Translations under genes and position numbers: made by a program
In this document: piece after piece, positions 1-14,200 of the stretch
How the letters are laid out: each line of letters begins with the position of its first letter
How positions within the stretch are numbered: position 1 is the first letter of the stretch
Notes under the pieces: generated by a model
What the model was told of the DNA's origin: nothing
The model's database searches: none
The model's input: the letters and a program-made list of their open reading frames with translations, nothing else
NCBI GenBank assembly: GCA_030704615.1
Contig: CM060731.1
Coordinates: 36,518,001-36,582,000 of the forward strand
Direction: 5' to 3'
DNA: 64,000 nt
Source: Takakia lepidozioides
Lineage: Eukaryota; Plantae; Bryophyta

Positions 1-3000
1 CTGTAAGTGGACAAAGGGAGGGCAGGGATGCTAGTATCAACTCAATTGATCCCACATTTCTTGAAGCACTGCCTGCAGACCTACGGGCAGAGGTGTTAGC
101 GTCTCAGCAAACCCAAGCTGTGAGACCTGTCAATCCCCCTCCTCCTGCAGAGGAAATTGACCCAGAGTTTTTGGCAGCCCTGCCCCCTGACATCCAGGCA
201 GAGGTGTTGGCACAGCAGCGGGCACAGCGGGCAGTACTAGCACATCATATTGAAGGGCAGCCCGTGGATATGGACAGTGCTTCAATCATTGCCACATTCC
301 CAGCTGAACTGCGAGAGGAGGTCTGAGTTTTTATTTGCTTTTTACATCAACGGTTATGATGAGGGCAAGTTGAGAGCTGTAGCTAAATATTGTTCTACTG
401 TGTTGAAGCTGTTACGTTGTTTCTGTCCACCTCTGTCACACTCTCTATCTCGCCCTCTCATACTATCAGTGTGAACCCCTGACAAAGGCAGCTTCTGTCC
501 GTTTGTGTTCCGCTCAAACTGAGCACGGGGTCAATGGCCACAAGGCTATGGCAAACAACATCTTAATGTGTACATTCTATCTGTCTCCTCTCTCCAGGGA
601 GTGTTCAGGTTGTTTACATGCCCTAGTGGTTTTATCTTGTAGTATTATTGTTTTTCATCGACCCTCTAGGCTTTCTGTGAGCACAACATATCTCTTTCAT
701 CTCTTTTCTCTCTCCCTTTGTCAATGGCCACAAGGCTACGGCAAACAACATCTTATGAGTACATTCTCTCTCCCTTTTTGTGTACTTGATTTTTAGTCAA
801 TATTGACTTCATACTTTGCTTGTGCTACTGAAATTTCCTCCAAAGACAGGTTTAGTTCTCTGAAAACACCACTCTGTTCTGTTGTCTATTGTAGGTTCTT
901 TTGACATCGTCAGAGGCAGTATTGGCAGCTCTCCCACCAGCATTGCTCGCTGAAGCCCAACTACTACGGGAACGGGCAATGAACCAGTACCAAGCCCGTG
1001 GTCTCTTTGGGGGGGCCCATCGCATAGGGCACCGGCGAAATAACTTAGGAGTGGCTGCTGCTGCAGCCATGGATCGAGGAGTGGGAGCTGGAACGGCCCT
1101 CACTGTTGGCCGCAGACCTGTTGTTCTCAGTAGTAACACAAGGATGAAGGAGGCTGAAGGCAAGCCACTTGTTGACACTGCTGCTTTGAAGGCGATGCTC
1201 CGTCTTCTCCGATTAGCCCAGGTAGGGGAAATGTTTGTAGTTGCTTTGTTAGTTTACTTCAATGGTATCGCTTGTTGGTCCTTGGATGTCTATCTTCTAA
1301 GAGTCAATTTCCATGCTACTTTTGCAAACATACCTTTTAATATTCTTCAAGGGTATTCTGCTGTCTTCAGTAATTCCTGTAAGATCGTAGATGGTAAGGA
1401 AGCATGAAGGAAATCTCTGACTGCACAACTGAAGAAGGAACCACGTGATATGCTTTGTTGCAGCCCCTAGGGAAAGGACTGCTCCAACGGCTGTTGCTGA
1501 ATCTGTGTGCACATAGTGCAACGCGAGTGACATTGCTGCAGCTTTTGTTGGATATGCTGCGCCCAGAAGCAGAAGGTGTCTCCACAGGGGGAACATCTGC
1601 TGATGGAGCCCCATCACAGCGCTTGTATGGGTGCCAGTGGAATGTGGTCTATGCTCGCTCACAGCTTTCTGATGGTAGGTTTTTCTTCAATTGTGGGGGA
1701 AATTATCATTCTCTATCACTCAACATGCAGATCTCTGTTCAATAGGGGATGTGGGTTATAACCAATGTTGGGCGGTTCTCTATATTCGTGATTCCGGATA
1801 TATACCCACTGCACCGGAGGTTCTAAAAAACTTTAATAACCTGCAGTGCAAGGAACCGGCGGGGCCCACGTGCCCGCATAACCGCATGGCTTTGGAACCG
1901 GCGAGGCATAAAACATCTTTTTTATTTAACCTGACCTGTGTGGGGTAACATGAGACCCCCGGTTACAGTTAATGATACTTGCTGGTAACCAACGGTTACT
2001 TGATCTAGGTTTGCCCAGGATCTCGTGTTTACTCTCTGATTCTTGGAAGAGGTCTTGTGAATCACATGAATGCATTATAAACTCTGTTGGAATATATATA
2101 GAAGCGCTGTAGTTCACCGAAGTGCCTAAGCCTTAAGGCTTTTCTAACCGTAACCGTTTCAAGAACCGGCGATTCTATCCCGGTTATAAGCTTTATCCAC
2201 ACTCCCTTGCCCTGGGAACTGGCTCCCCTGGATATAGTCGCACCCGCTCCACATTTTCATTGCCAAATAAAAATGGCCAAGTTCATACTGCCTCCACAAC
2301 AATTCTGTTACGTAGATGTGAATAAGAACTGTTGCAAGGTTGGTGGCTGCACAGAAGGCTTTTTAGATATCCGTGCTTGGACAAAGTGAGATGTTTAGGT
2401 TGTTTCATATATTAATTCTACATTTTGAAAGTTTAGATTTCTGGATTTATCACTCAGGTCAAATCTGGGCTAATGGATAAGTCTAATAGCCGTGGTTGGT
2501 CGGCTTGCCCACAGGTGTTCCACCACTGGTCTCACGGCGTGTGTTGGAAATTTTGACGTATTTAGCCCGTAACCACTCTCCAGTGGCCAACTTGCTACTG
2601 TATTTGGAGCCCTTAGCACCATCGGCCACACCAGGCTTGGAGGCCTCTCCTCAGAAGTTGAAGGAGAAGGGTAAAGGTAAGTTGGTTGATGGCGCACCTC
2701 ACACTGGGGCAATACAAGAGCCAAAGCCAAAGCCGAAGGGCGAGATTCCACTAATATTGCTGCTCAAACTGTTGAACCAGCCACTGTATTCTCGCAGCAG
2801 TGCACACTTGGAGCAGGTGGGTTTAACTTCACAGGATGTTTGTAGTTTGGGTGTGCCGCAAGAAAATGTTATGATCAATGGTTTGTTTCCAGAAACTACT
2901 TAGTGATTCCTGTTATGTTGGATAAGAAGTGGGAGTCTCTATTTTTAGTTCCCTGTTTAGTGAGAGGTTTTTTGAAGGCCTGAGTCATTTCACGTATTTG

Positions 3001-6000
3001 ATGCTGTGCAGGTTATGGGCTTGCTGGAAGTAGTGACAAGCAATGCTGGTGCAAAGGCAGAGGTAAAGACAAAGGTTAAGGCTAGTGACGCGAAACCCGT
3101 GGTAACAACCAGTGATTTGTCGAGTGGAGCCAATGCTCCTTCAACTGGGGAGCCTGCACCTTCTGAGGCTGAGACTACACCAGCCATATCAAGTGGAGGA
3201 AGATTATTTGGTAGAAGTGTTGAGGTGGGACCACCTAGGCCAGATGCTTCGGTTGATGTGGGGGCTGTTGGTGGGGAAGGGATTGAGCCTTCAACATCAG
3301 GTTCTGACCATAAAGTGGATGCAGCTGCCGTGCTCCTTAGCCTCCCAGAGCCAGAGCTGCGTAACCTGTGCAAGCTGTTAGCACGGGAAGGGTGAGTACA
3401 TCATGTACTGACTACTTTTATGTTCTATTCAATAGCCCTTTTCTGCTTGTTATGGTATCAGAATTTGTTCCTGCGTGAAAGGTGCATGGCTGACTAGTTC
3501 CTTGGAAGTACATAATCCAAACTACTTGTACTTGCGTTCTAGTACGTGTGAATTGCAGAAATGATCTGTGTGACTTGTGTTCCTTTGTATGTATGGCACT
3601 TGTACTTGCAATTTTCATGGTACGTGGCGAGTTAAAGCTAAAGTCTGAGTGTCTTGTGTAGGTTGTCAGACATGGCTTACTCAAGGGTAGCTGAGGTCCT
3701 CAAGAAACTGGCGACTGCAGCCCCACCTCACCGTCGTTTGTTTGTTGCTGAATTGGCTGATGCTGCACGCCAGCTCAGTGGCCCAGCTGTTGGGGAACTC
3801 CACAGCTTGGGCGATGCAGACACCATGGCTGTAAGCACAACCTCCATGGCAGGGGCTGCTATCCTACGGGTGCTTCAAGCCCTCAGTGCCCTGACCTCAG
3901 GTGGTGGCAGTGGAACAGATAAAGAGAAGGAGCAAGATCCTGCAGTAGTTGATAAGGAACAGGAAGAGGGCATGTTGGTGGTGAGAGAGCTGAATGGGGC
4001 ACTTGAGACGTTATGGCATGGATTGAGTGTAAGTGTAGGCAAGATTGAAGGCCGTTTGGGCAACACCTCGGCACTTTCAGTTCCCACAAGCAGTGCTGCT
4101 GCAGCTGCAGTAGTAGTTGGGACAGGGGCTGGGAGCGTGGCACCCCCTCTGCCCCCTGGAACACAAAAGGTTTTACCATTTGTGGAGGCTTTCTTTGTTT
4201 TGTGTGAGAAGTTGCGGTCAGGGCCTGCTCCAGCTGGACAGCAAGAGCCCAACAGTGCAACCGCACGTGAAATCAAGGAGGCTTCAGCGTCCTCCTCTGC
4301 AGACCTGGCTTTAACACCAAGGTCACCGTCCTGTACTCAGCAGAAGAAAACTGAGGGTGAGAAAGGAATGACTTTCACGCGGTTTGCTGACAGGCACCGG
4401 CGCCTCCTCAATGCATTTGTGCGCCAGAATCCAGGCCTCCTTGAGAAGTCTCTGTGCCTTATGCTCAAAGCTCCCCGCTTAATTGACTTTGACAACAAGC
4501 GTGCATACTTCCGGTCCCGTATCCGGCAGCAGCACGAGCAGCAGCACTATGCGCCCCTCCGAATCTGTGTGAGACGTGCATATGTGCTGGAAGACTCATA
4601 TAATCAGCTTCGCATGCGCACTCCTGATGAACTTAAGGGCCGCCTCACGGTCCAGTTTCAAGGAGAGGAAGGCATTGATGCTGGTGGATTGACACGAGAA
4701 TGGTACCAATTGTTGTCACGTGTGACGTTTGACAAGGGTGCACTCCTCTTCACCACGGTTGGGAATGAGTCTACGTTCCAGCCCAACCCAAACTCAGTAT
4801 ATCAGACTGAGCATTTGTCTTACTTCAAGTTTGTTGGTCGTGTGGTAAGCTGGCTTGACCCCAGGCCCCTCCCCCCTTTTTCTTTGACAGTGACTCGAAC
4901 AGGGATCAGTCTCATTTGTCACATTTGTTTCTAGCTAGGGGACTAGAACAGCAGTGTTGGACTTGTCCTCATGCTTTCTAGTATGACGTCAGTGCCCCAC
5001 GTACATTGACTTCCAATTCCTTGTAACTGCAACATCATCGTCTGTGCATGAGCCACTGAAGTTCAGGGTGGGCTTTATATACCCTGGTGGCTGAAACCCG
5101 ACAAGCAACTGTATTAGGGTTAGTATCCAATAGAATTATGCCCTAAATAGTGATGTCATAGCCCACATTTGCAGGAAGCAGTCAGTGGGACTTTGATGGA
5201 GCATGTCTTGATAGTTGTATGCTGGCTCAGCATAGTTATGATAGGATGAGAAAGCCTGAAGTTGCATGAGGTATGGTGTACTGTTATGCTAGGTGGCGAA
5301 GGCACTGTTTGATGGGCAGCTGCTGGATGTGTATTTTACACGGTCCTTTTACAAGCACATATTGGGGGTGAAAGTGACCTATCACGATATTGAGGCAATC
5401 GACCCTGACTACTTCAAGAACCTCAAATGGATGTTGGAGGTACTGTTAGCTCCATGCTATATGTTTCGCTGTATTGAAGATCTTTGCCACACAAGGCTAC
5501 AGCAAACAACGTCCTATGAGTACATTTGGTGTTAAAGATCCTCTCAAGGGCACTGCACTTTTAGCTCTGTTGCACATATTTATTTCAATGTACATCTTTA
5601 CTGCAACACCTCAAAGTGGTAGTTGCCAGAGCATGGTTTTGTAAGCATGTTCAGAAGTTCACGACCTACCTTTACTGAGCTTGGAACTGATGATGTTAGG
5701 TGGAACATGATTCAACCGAAAGTAAGAAGTTGAAGGGGGGTTGCAATGGTAATCAGGTGAACCCAAATGTGGAAACTATATAGAGCCGGTGCTGATGAAT
5801 TTGAACTATTTTGTGCTTGCAGAATGACATTAGTGACATACTGGATTTGTCGTTTAGTATGGACGCCGATGAGGAGAAGCACATTCTCTATGAGAAGACT
5901 GAGGTAATGACTAGACCTTACCATATTTGACTGCCAGGTGATAAGCTGAGCAGTAAGTCGGTCCCTTTTTGTAGCAATACAGGGCCAATTATACACTTCT

Positions 6001-9000
6001 ACACACTTCAGGATGAAGCATGTCCCTAAAGCCTGGCACTGGGTGCCAACCTGCAAGGACTTAGTCTTGTGGTCTATGTTTGTGAATTAGCACAAAAAAT
6101 ACGTGTTGCACTGGAAGAGGCGCTGTTACACTTTTAAACCAGTTTCCTAGTTTGGACTTGGTATAGCTCTCTTTCAAACTTCGCAGTAATACTCTATTTG
6201 CCAACTGCAGCGTGCTTCCATGTAGTTATGGAAAGCGACAGATATGTGACAATTTTGTCTCATGCCACAGGTTACAGATTACGAGCTGATATCAGGGGGC
6301 CGCAACATTCGGGTGACAGAAGAGAACAAGCATGAGTATGTGGACCTAGTGGCAGAGCATCGGTTAACCACAGCCATCCGACCACAAATTACTGCCTTTT
6401 TGGAAGGCTTCAATGAACTGGTGGCTCGGGAGCTCATCTCCATCTTTAATGACAAGGAGCTGGAGCTTCTCATCAGTGGCCTTCCAGAAATTGACTGTAA
6501 GTTAATTTGGCTTACAACTGCTAGGGCATGTCAGGTAATTAGCTAGAGAGCAGTCGCACTCACGGTTAGTGTAGCTACTGTCAAGCTACTGTTAAGCATA
6601 ATCTGTTTTGGCCACCTGCCCACACAGCGTGAAGTGCCTGCGCAGCTCTCCTGCTTCAGGCCTGTGCATCTCCTGTGCCTGATGTGCCCATTCAAGAACT
6701 CCCTCTCCTCTCTTTTTGTTCCTCTCGCTAATTCTCCTCCGGAACAACAGTGTCATGCCGAAACTCGATTCCTTCTCTCACAAAATGGAAATAGAATGTA
6801 CTCATATGACGTTGTTTTCCGTAGCCTTGTGGCCATTGACGCCACGCCCAGTTTGAGCAGACACAAAGGGACAGAACCTACCTTTGTCAGGGGCTGACAT
6901 CGGTAGTAAGACTTACCTTGAGATACACAATTGATCCGGGTTTTCCAGATATCCTCTAGAAATCCCTTCACACAAGCATCAATCTGCTGTGTGTGGTTTG
7001 CATTCACAAAATGGAAATAGATTGTACTCATAAGACGTTGTTTGCCATAGCCTTGTGGCCATTGACCCCGCGCCCAGTTTGAGCGGGAACAAAAGGGACA
7101 GAACCTACCTCTGTCAGGGGCTGACGTTGGTAGTAAGACTTACCTCCATATATAGAATTAATCCGGGTTTTCCAGATATCCTCTAGAAATCCCTTCACAC
7201 AAGCATCAATCTGCTGTGTGTGATTTGCCCAAAAACTAGGCCTCAGGAGGGCCTGGGCTTTTGGCTCAGCCTCGAGACTTTCAAAGTTGGTAAACAGGGG
7301 TACAGGCACAATACCCTTAATAGATTTGAAGAGAGCGTCTCTTTGGTGAGAGAACCCCGGACAGTGTATCAGAAAATGAATACTGTCTTCAGATTGCCTA
7401 CACAACGGGCAATTGCACTCTCCCTTTCCTCTCTGCTTCTGTTTGCTGTTCAAAGGTAGGCTTCCTGCCCTGAGTTTAAATTTCAGTCTAGTGCCGAGAG
7501 TGGGTAGACCCTTGAGGTCATCCAAGATGTCCTCCCCCATGTCACAGACTGGAAACAAGTTCAGGGAAGTTTTCTGCCTAACTTCATTTTCATCAGACAA
7601 AGGGTAATAGAGAGGGGTGCAAAGGGATCCATCAAACTCTACCCTGGCAAAGACCAGGTATGGGCTCTGTACAAAGACTGGGATCAGAGAAGCCAGGGCT
7701 GCCCAAGGCTGTTGGGAGCTTGATCACACTTCAACACCTGGAGAGTTCCTGGGTGTTTCATAAAAGTTCTTGGAGCAGTTTCTCTACAGAGTATGACTTT
7801 ATCCAGGAATCCAACCTGTCTTTATGATCAAACTGTAGGGCTGATTATGCACTCAGAACAGAGTGCCTTGGGGATTACAAAGGCTTCCAGAGATAAGCTT
7901 TCCAATAGAAACCACCACAGAACTTTGTGGCTGTCGGTTTGTTGGTTTCCATCTCTCTTATGAACAAGGTTCCCGCTCAAACTGGGCGCGGGGTCAATGG
8001 CCACAAGGCTACGGCAAACAACGTCTTATGAGTACAATCTCTTATGAACAAGATGGAACAGCACAGGCTGGCAGGGAAGCACCCTTGCCTCATATGTGTA
8101 CTCAAGTTGAGCATATTCCAAAGAGAAGGCATCCCGAAAGCCCGAAAGCTTGCATACGTGAGAAGCAAGCATGAAGATCATCTCAGCGAGGAAAGAGCTC
8201 ATTTTGGCTGTCTGAGATATCTCAGCGAGGAACGATCTCACATATTCTCTCCCCTGCTTCCTTTGTCTATGGTCTCCCTCGTGTCATGTCGAGCCCATGG
8301 AAGCAAAGCTTCGAAAGTGTTGACTCTCCCTGAAAATGTACACAGAACAGTCTTCCCCGTGGGCAGTGGATGTGCTCAAAACTTAGATCCCATCCTCTCC
8401 CCAGTTGCCCAAAACTTAGTGGAGCTTAGTGGAAACTTAGTGGAGGGTTAGATTTAGCTGCACAGGAGGGGGACTGCTAAAACTAAAGGGGTCAACCAGC
8501 CAGATCTAGCTAGGGTCAAATTTAATATGGTCGCTAGCAGTCCTGTGCGGCCCTATTTAAAGATAATACTAATAACATAACAGGCCCTTTAACAGTTGGT
8601 GCGGTCAGGGTCCTGCCAGGTGTGCTCCTTAATTTCTAGATGTCTAATGTAGCACAAATTGCTGGGATGTCCGGTTGATCATTGGCAGTGGAAGATTTAA
8701 AGATCAACACAGAGTACACAGGGTACACAGCAGCGTCACCTGTAGTCCAATGGTTCTGGGATGTGGTGCGCGCGTTCAACAAGGAGGATATGGCCCGTCT
8801 TTTGCAGTTTATTACTGGCACATCAAAGGTGGAATCCCTGCCATACATCCTCTCATTTTTCTGGATATGGTATATATGGTGCATCTTGTTAAGGATTGTC
8901 TGCTTAAATCAAGTCGCTGCATCATTTGGAGGTAAAGAATGTCAGAAACTTTGATAGAGGAAGAGAGGATGTGCTCATTGACTCTTCCTGTGAATGTTAG

Positions 9001-9927
9001 CTATGAGTCTGTTAAGCTGTGCAATTTCCATACTCCTGCACAGGCAATTCACAACCGAGCTACAGTGGATTGGATGTTGCTTCAAGGGCTGGTACAAGTT
9101 GTTTGTACCAAGTTGTCTGTACCAGTGCCACCTTTGCCTGTACCCAAGACAAGTGACAGATGTTATTGACTCCCACTCTCCCAGTCACACTGTTAAAAGA
9201 AAAACATAAAGAGGTTTTCATCTTTTGATTAGACTTTGCTTGCCGCAGCCTTCTGGCCATGGACACCCGCACCCACGTCAGATGGAGGTAAAACAGGGAA
9301 ATGGGAGGATAAAAAACGAAAGACACTTCATGACGTCCAGGAGAAACAGACATCAAATACAGGGTTGTCTCTTACTAATGATTTGAATGTTGATGTGTAC
9401 TGATGTTTCAATAGGTACCACTAGAAGGGTTCCGGGCGTTGCAAGGCATATCAGGTCCACAACGCTTCCAGATCCACAAGGCCTACGGTGCTCCAGAGCG
9501 CCTACCCTCCGCTCACACCTGGTGAGCCAATCGTATGCATAACTCTTGGTTGATTGTGCATTTTGGGCATGTACACTCTCTTGAAAGGTTTCATTTGAAC
9601 TGACACAGCACAATTTATTACTGGTGATCTGATATTAAAATATTGGTAAGGATGGGACTTGACAATGATTTTGCATTTGATGTTTGATTGTGAATGTATG
9701 CAAAGTTTCTTTGCATGCTCTTGGATGGTTGGGCTCTCACTGATGAAGATGCTTTTCTGCTTGATTGAGAATTTACCTTTTATGGGGATGATGACATGTG
9801 TTGCTGATGATGATGCTTGTGCAGCTTTAATCAATTGGACCTACCAGAGTATGCATCCAAAGAGCAATTACAGGAGCGGCTGATGCTGGCAATCCATGAG
9901 GCCAACGAGGGCTTTGGTTTTGGTTAA
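1..9927 (+). CDS. UPL1: HECT E3 ubiquitin-protein ligase, UPL1/UPL2 (HUWE1/Tom1-type), 3' portion; 5' end lies outside the window
   Basis: Hand-assembled GT-AG exons: <1-320, 895-1221, 1464-1674, 2515-2816, 3012-3391, 3662-4844, 5293-5439, 5823-5903, 6271-6496, 8689-8828, 9415-9521, 9825-9927 (TAA). UBM-like repeats [18 protein letters not shown] and [22 protein letters not shown] motifs [29 protein letters not shown], catalytic [13 protein letters not shown], and the C-terminus [10 protein letters not shown]. Confidence 0.95.
474..580 (+). mobile_element. Short 3'-end fragment of a LINE (same family as 7004-7600) in a UPL intron
   Basis: cccctgacaaaggcagcttctgtcc...ctcaaactgagcacggggtcaatggccacaaggctatggcaaacaacatctt matches the reverse complement of 7021-7125. 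Shorter copies at ~720-768 and ~5487-5525. Confidence 0.7.
1763..2182. mobile_element. hAT-type MITE relic in a UPL intron
   Basis: Begins caatgttgggcg, like the 17596 element, and is rich in aaccgg/ggttc subterminal motifs. Flanked by gttataac and gttataag. The right TIR appears partly deleted. Confidence 0.45.
6778..7600 (-). mobile_element. 5'-truncated LINE (ORF2 C-terminal CCHC region plus 3' end) with a tandemly duplicated 3' end, in a UPL intron
   Basis: ORF 7600-7028 has [12 protein letters not shown]...[17 protein letters not shown], a LINE ORF2 zinc-knuckle tail. Segment ~7004-7222 is repeated at ~6778-7002. Confidence 0.75.
7969..8037 (+). mobile_element. 69-bp retroposed LINE 3' end with 15-bp TSD
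   Basis: The insert matches the LINE 3' terminus and is flanked by tctcttatgaacaag at 7954-7968 and 8038-8052. Confidence 0.75.
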
Positions 9928-11248
9928 GGGACAAAACAGTGGTCTATGGTTGTAGCTAGTTGAAGTGCCATGTGTGATTTATCCCCATTCTATGTATGAA
10001 AGGCAGACATGCCGGGTAGCATCCTTGGCCAGCAGTTTTCACTCACAAGACTCTTCTCTTTTCCTAATTCCAAATTGCTCCATTGGAAAGTCATCAGCAA
10101 TGGACTAGTAGAGTGCACATAAACACTAGAGCAGGAGTGTGGGGCAATGGGGAAGCCCCACAGCCCTGCTTTCCTAGCGTGTAAATGGTATCTATACTCT
10201 CTTGAAGGCCCATAAATTTGAATCCCTCCCCCTCTCTTAACAGTGTTGACACAAGCCCATGTCCCAAAGCTGTTGGATATTTTGCACCTCTAGACAACAA
10301 ATGGATTCTAGATTATATTTCCTCTCCTCTATTTGCTTGGAGTCGCTCTGTGTCCACCTCATTTCATACAGAGTAGGCTGTGGACTCCTTCAAGTTTGTC
10401 GGGCCAATGATGTGCAACTAGACTTGCTGAGAGAAAACCACCTCCACCTTCATCACTGTCCATCAATCATATGCCCCCTTGTTGTGAAGGTTCATAGCTC
10501 ATACATGAGTTTACTTGCAAGCCCACACTCCAACTGGTCTCCAAGCACTGCAAAGAGTCGTTTGCAAAATCATTGGCCCCTACACTGCAGAGTCTCAAAC
10601 AAACAAACACTGTCCGGAGAGCATTTTCATAGTGAGATGATTGTGGGCCTGGAATTGTATGTGAAAGAGAGCAACATGGCTTGTTTGTTTGCACCATCCA
10701 TTCCAAACGCAATGGAAGGCCTGGATGTGCAGGGCCCACAGGGCAAGCTTTGTGGTAGACGACGCAAAGGAAAGCAGAGGCAGAGGCCCAGATTCCAAGT
10801 CAGTAATGTGATTGTCAGAGTTGGTCTGGTAAATTTGGTGAGAATCACAAGGCAGTTGCAGGCAAGAGATTCTGAAAAATCGCACTAACATTCACTGGAT
10901 TCTTGCACTTGCTATGTTGCGTGCCGAACCTTCCTTTCCTTCCTTGACTCTCAGCCCCTCTCTTGTTGCGTGCTCCGGATCCTCACTGTTGGGAGTTGGG
11001 TTTGTTTCAAAGCTCGAGTTTTGTGTGGTGTGGCGTGTAGCTGTGAGGAAAATGTATTCTTGATCTCCTTCTTTACATGGGCCATCGTCTTGGCAAAGGA
11101 GGAGCGGGGTTGTGAATCTCTGCTGCCTCTCTGCCGGACATGGAACATCACTCTTGAGCAAAGACAATTACAAATTGCCAGAGCTGGCTTTGTTCTGTGC
11201 TAAGCTGTTTTCCATAGTCCATAGCTGGTGAGCGGGGTGAGAGACAGT

Positions 11249-14200
11249 ATGGAATCGGCTACGTTGGCACAGTATGGCAAGGTTTCGGAAGGTAGATTCT
11301 GTCAAGTTGCGGTACGAGTAAAGACATGGCAGAGGACTCTTGGCGGTAGCCAAATGAATCTTGGTAGCAGGGGTCTAGGAGGCCGTCATGTCTTCACAGC
11401 CATCGGGTACGGTGGAAGGAGATGGTGCCTTCCTGTCGTAACTGCAGAACAGAAGAGTGGGTGGCCAATATGCAGCCTCGAAGCCAGCAACGAGAAAGAC
11501 TCGAATTTCGGTGCCAAATTAGGCAGAGCTGTCAAGAGTATGACGGGTGCGGTTCTTGCAACTGGGGCAGCTGCTGCAGTGTTTTTGCAGCCTTGTTCTC
11601 CTGCGGTAGCAACTGGGTTCACAATCACCTTTCCTGGGTCTCAAATTGGAGAGGTGACTTAATCTGCTTATACCGTTTCCCTCTGTTGCGCTGCCAGTTT
11701 TATTTACAGTCCTGACATCTACTCTTCTGATCTTGGTTATCTTTGACCCGATTGTCAAGCTCAGAGTCCTCCTTAAGTGTACATGTCTCGCGTGGTCGGT
11801 AAGGGAAAAAATACTAATGGTGATGCGGTGCAGGTGAACACAGTGCAGAGGACCTTGGTGGAGGCATGGGGCATCGTTCGAGAAACATACGTGGATTCTA
11901 CCTTCAATAATCAAGGTATAATTTGCTACACTTGTCTTTGCTGTGGCCAGCTCTGTATTTCACTCCTTCCTGAGCGTATCAGTTCAAGATGAGGGTGTTA
12001 GAGTGAGAGAAGCTGCTGTGTCTCCTGGACTTGGCTTGGGGTAGCTCTCGGGCCATGGACCTCTCTGGATGTTAAGTTTGAGATTTTCCTGCAAGTACAA
12101 TCAGTCCCCGCCAATTTCCCAACCCAGATTCCTTCCTCCGGAGGACCTCTCTTTAAGAGTATTTGACCACATGAACACCACAAGAAATCCCTCCACCTCT
12201 TGCATGACATGTCGTTCTGGAGAACAGCTGGTTCTCTACCTCACATGCCAATTGGGCTGCAGAAGCTTTTCAGCCAGGTCTAAATTTGAACTCTAGCTGT
12301 GTAATGGAAGGGGAAAAGGCTAGTGTGTACTTTGTCAGCTGTGAATTGCATTTAGCTCCACTCTTGCTTGAAAAATGATTTTCTTGTGTCCAATGACTTT
12401 GTTTCACTTCAGAAGGACATCTAATCCTGGATGGCAATGATGTGGGAGTGGGTAGATTGGGATATGAAGTTGCAAGAAACATTAGCGGAGACACTGCAGT
12501 TGAAGACATCCGACGCTGCTTATGCTAAAATTCACACCATGCTTGCCACATTAGGAGACCCCTTCACACGAATTGTCAGTCCACAGGTAGAGCACCTCCT
12601 CGTCATGTACATTTGCTTAGGATGTGCAATTGGAAGCAGGCTTCTTAGCCTCCTAGCTACATCATCTCGTTTGTCCTTGTCCTGTTTTCTACCAATTCAT
12701 ACTCATATTTGATGATGGTCATAATTTCATCTTAAGCTAGTAGACCAGGTTTGCAGTGGTTGCATGAAGTATGCTCATTTGGCATGTATGGCACATTGCG
12801 ACAACTAACACCTACATGGGAGCCTGTATTCACACCTATGGGTGCCTTTCTGATGCAAAGACTCTTGAAATTGGCAGTTGATTTTCACATAAGGGGATAC
12901 TGATGTCATCAGGATTTCCTTGCTATCTCATTAGTGTAAAGGAATAATATGACTTCTCTGTATGGTTTTTCCATGTGATCTGAAGAAAGAGTCTGTTGTT
13001 AAGCTTTTACAAAGTCTTCGGGGCCTGCTTCTTTAAGACCCATATGACCTTAGAGTGGAGTATCATCCTATAGTTCCTCTCAGTGGGTAAAATTGGACAA
13101 GGATGTGTGACGCGTGAGCAAAGTGACTCTTCTTGTGTGCCCTCCTCTTGGTCCCATCTGTGAACAAGAGGCTAACAACAGCTACCCTGTCCATCATTGA
13201 TCACTGGTGCTCTGATAAACTGCCCATTAGAGAGTGAGTATCTTTCAGGTTGCATGGTGAGCTTGTTCCATAATTGGGCACTGCTAACAACCCAGGCCAT
13301 GGGACTCATTGGTCGACATCGCTGCTTTCCACCAACATGTCTCGCTTAATTGTTTGGTGACTAACTGGCATTGTGTTGAATACCAGCTAAGTAAGAGCAT
13401 CTGCATCGCAGGAATATGCAAGCTTCCGAATCAATAATGAAGGTGCCTTGGAAGGAGTGGGCTTGCTTATTGCATCAGACCGTGATTCTGGCCGATTGGT
13501 ACACCTATCTGAATTGAAGTTAGGCCTGTTTGTAGAACATGAAATAGTCTTTATAATCTGCTGTTATCTATGCTTGCTATCCTTGCCCTGGTAGCCCACA
13601 AATATTTGTGCGATTGGTACTGCAATATTTGGAAATAGTCTGTGTATATAGGATACAAGCTTGGGGTGGCATGTTTGGTAGATGCTGACAAGGGGTGTGG
13701 GTGCATGTCATGTCTGTAGGTTGTGCTATCTCCAATAGATGGTGGTCCTGCTGCTCGGGCCGGGATACATTCAGGCGATGAGTTGGTGCAGATTGATGGT
13801 AAAGAAGACTTGAAAAACTTGCCTGTTTATATGGCTTTTGCATAACCCTTTTTACTACTCTAACAGTATGATGAAGCAGGTTCATTGTCTCACCTTGGTT
13901 GTATGCAGATGAAATGTTGGCAGGAATGAATAATGAGGAAGTAGCCACCAAGCTCCGAGGACGAGCTGGCACCTCAGTTACGCTGAAACTGCGCCGTGTA
14001 CATTTCTACTTTTCCACCTCTGAGCATGTCATGTACATGTGGCTTGTACTGGAATGACGAGTTTTGTTGTCATGTATAAATTAGAAGTTCCTGTTGAGGG
14101 CACAGGAAGTGATGATTGCTAGGTTAGTCTTCTCTGAGAAAACACAGTAAGTGGTGGCTTGGATGATGATGACAGGCAACTGGGACAAGTGTTTCAGGGT

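Noticed and set aside
10259-11203. ORFs between UPL and CtpA
   Set aside because: No recognisable domain or convincing exon structure; probably UTR or intergenic.
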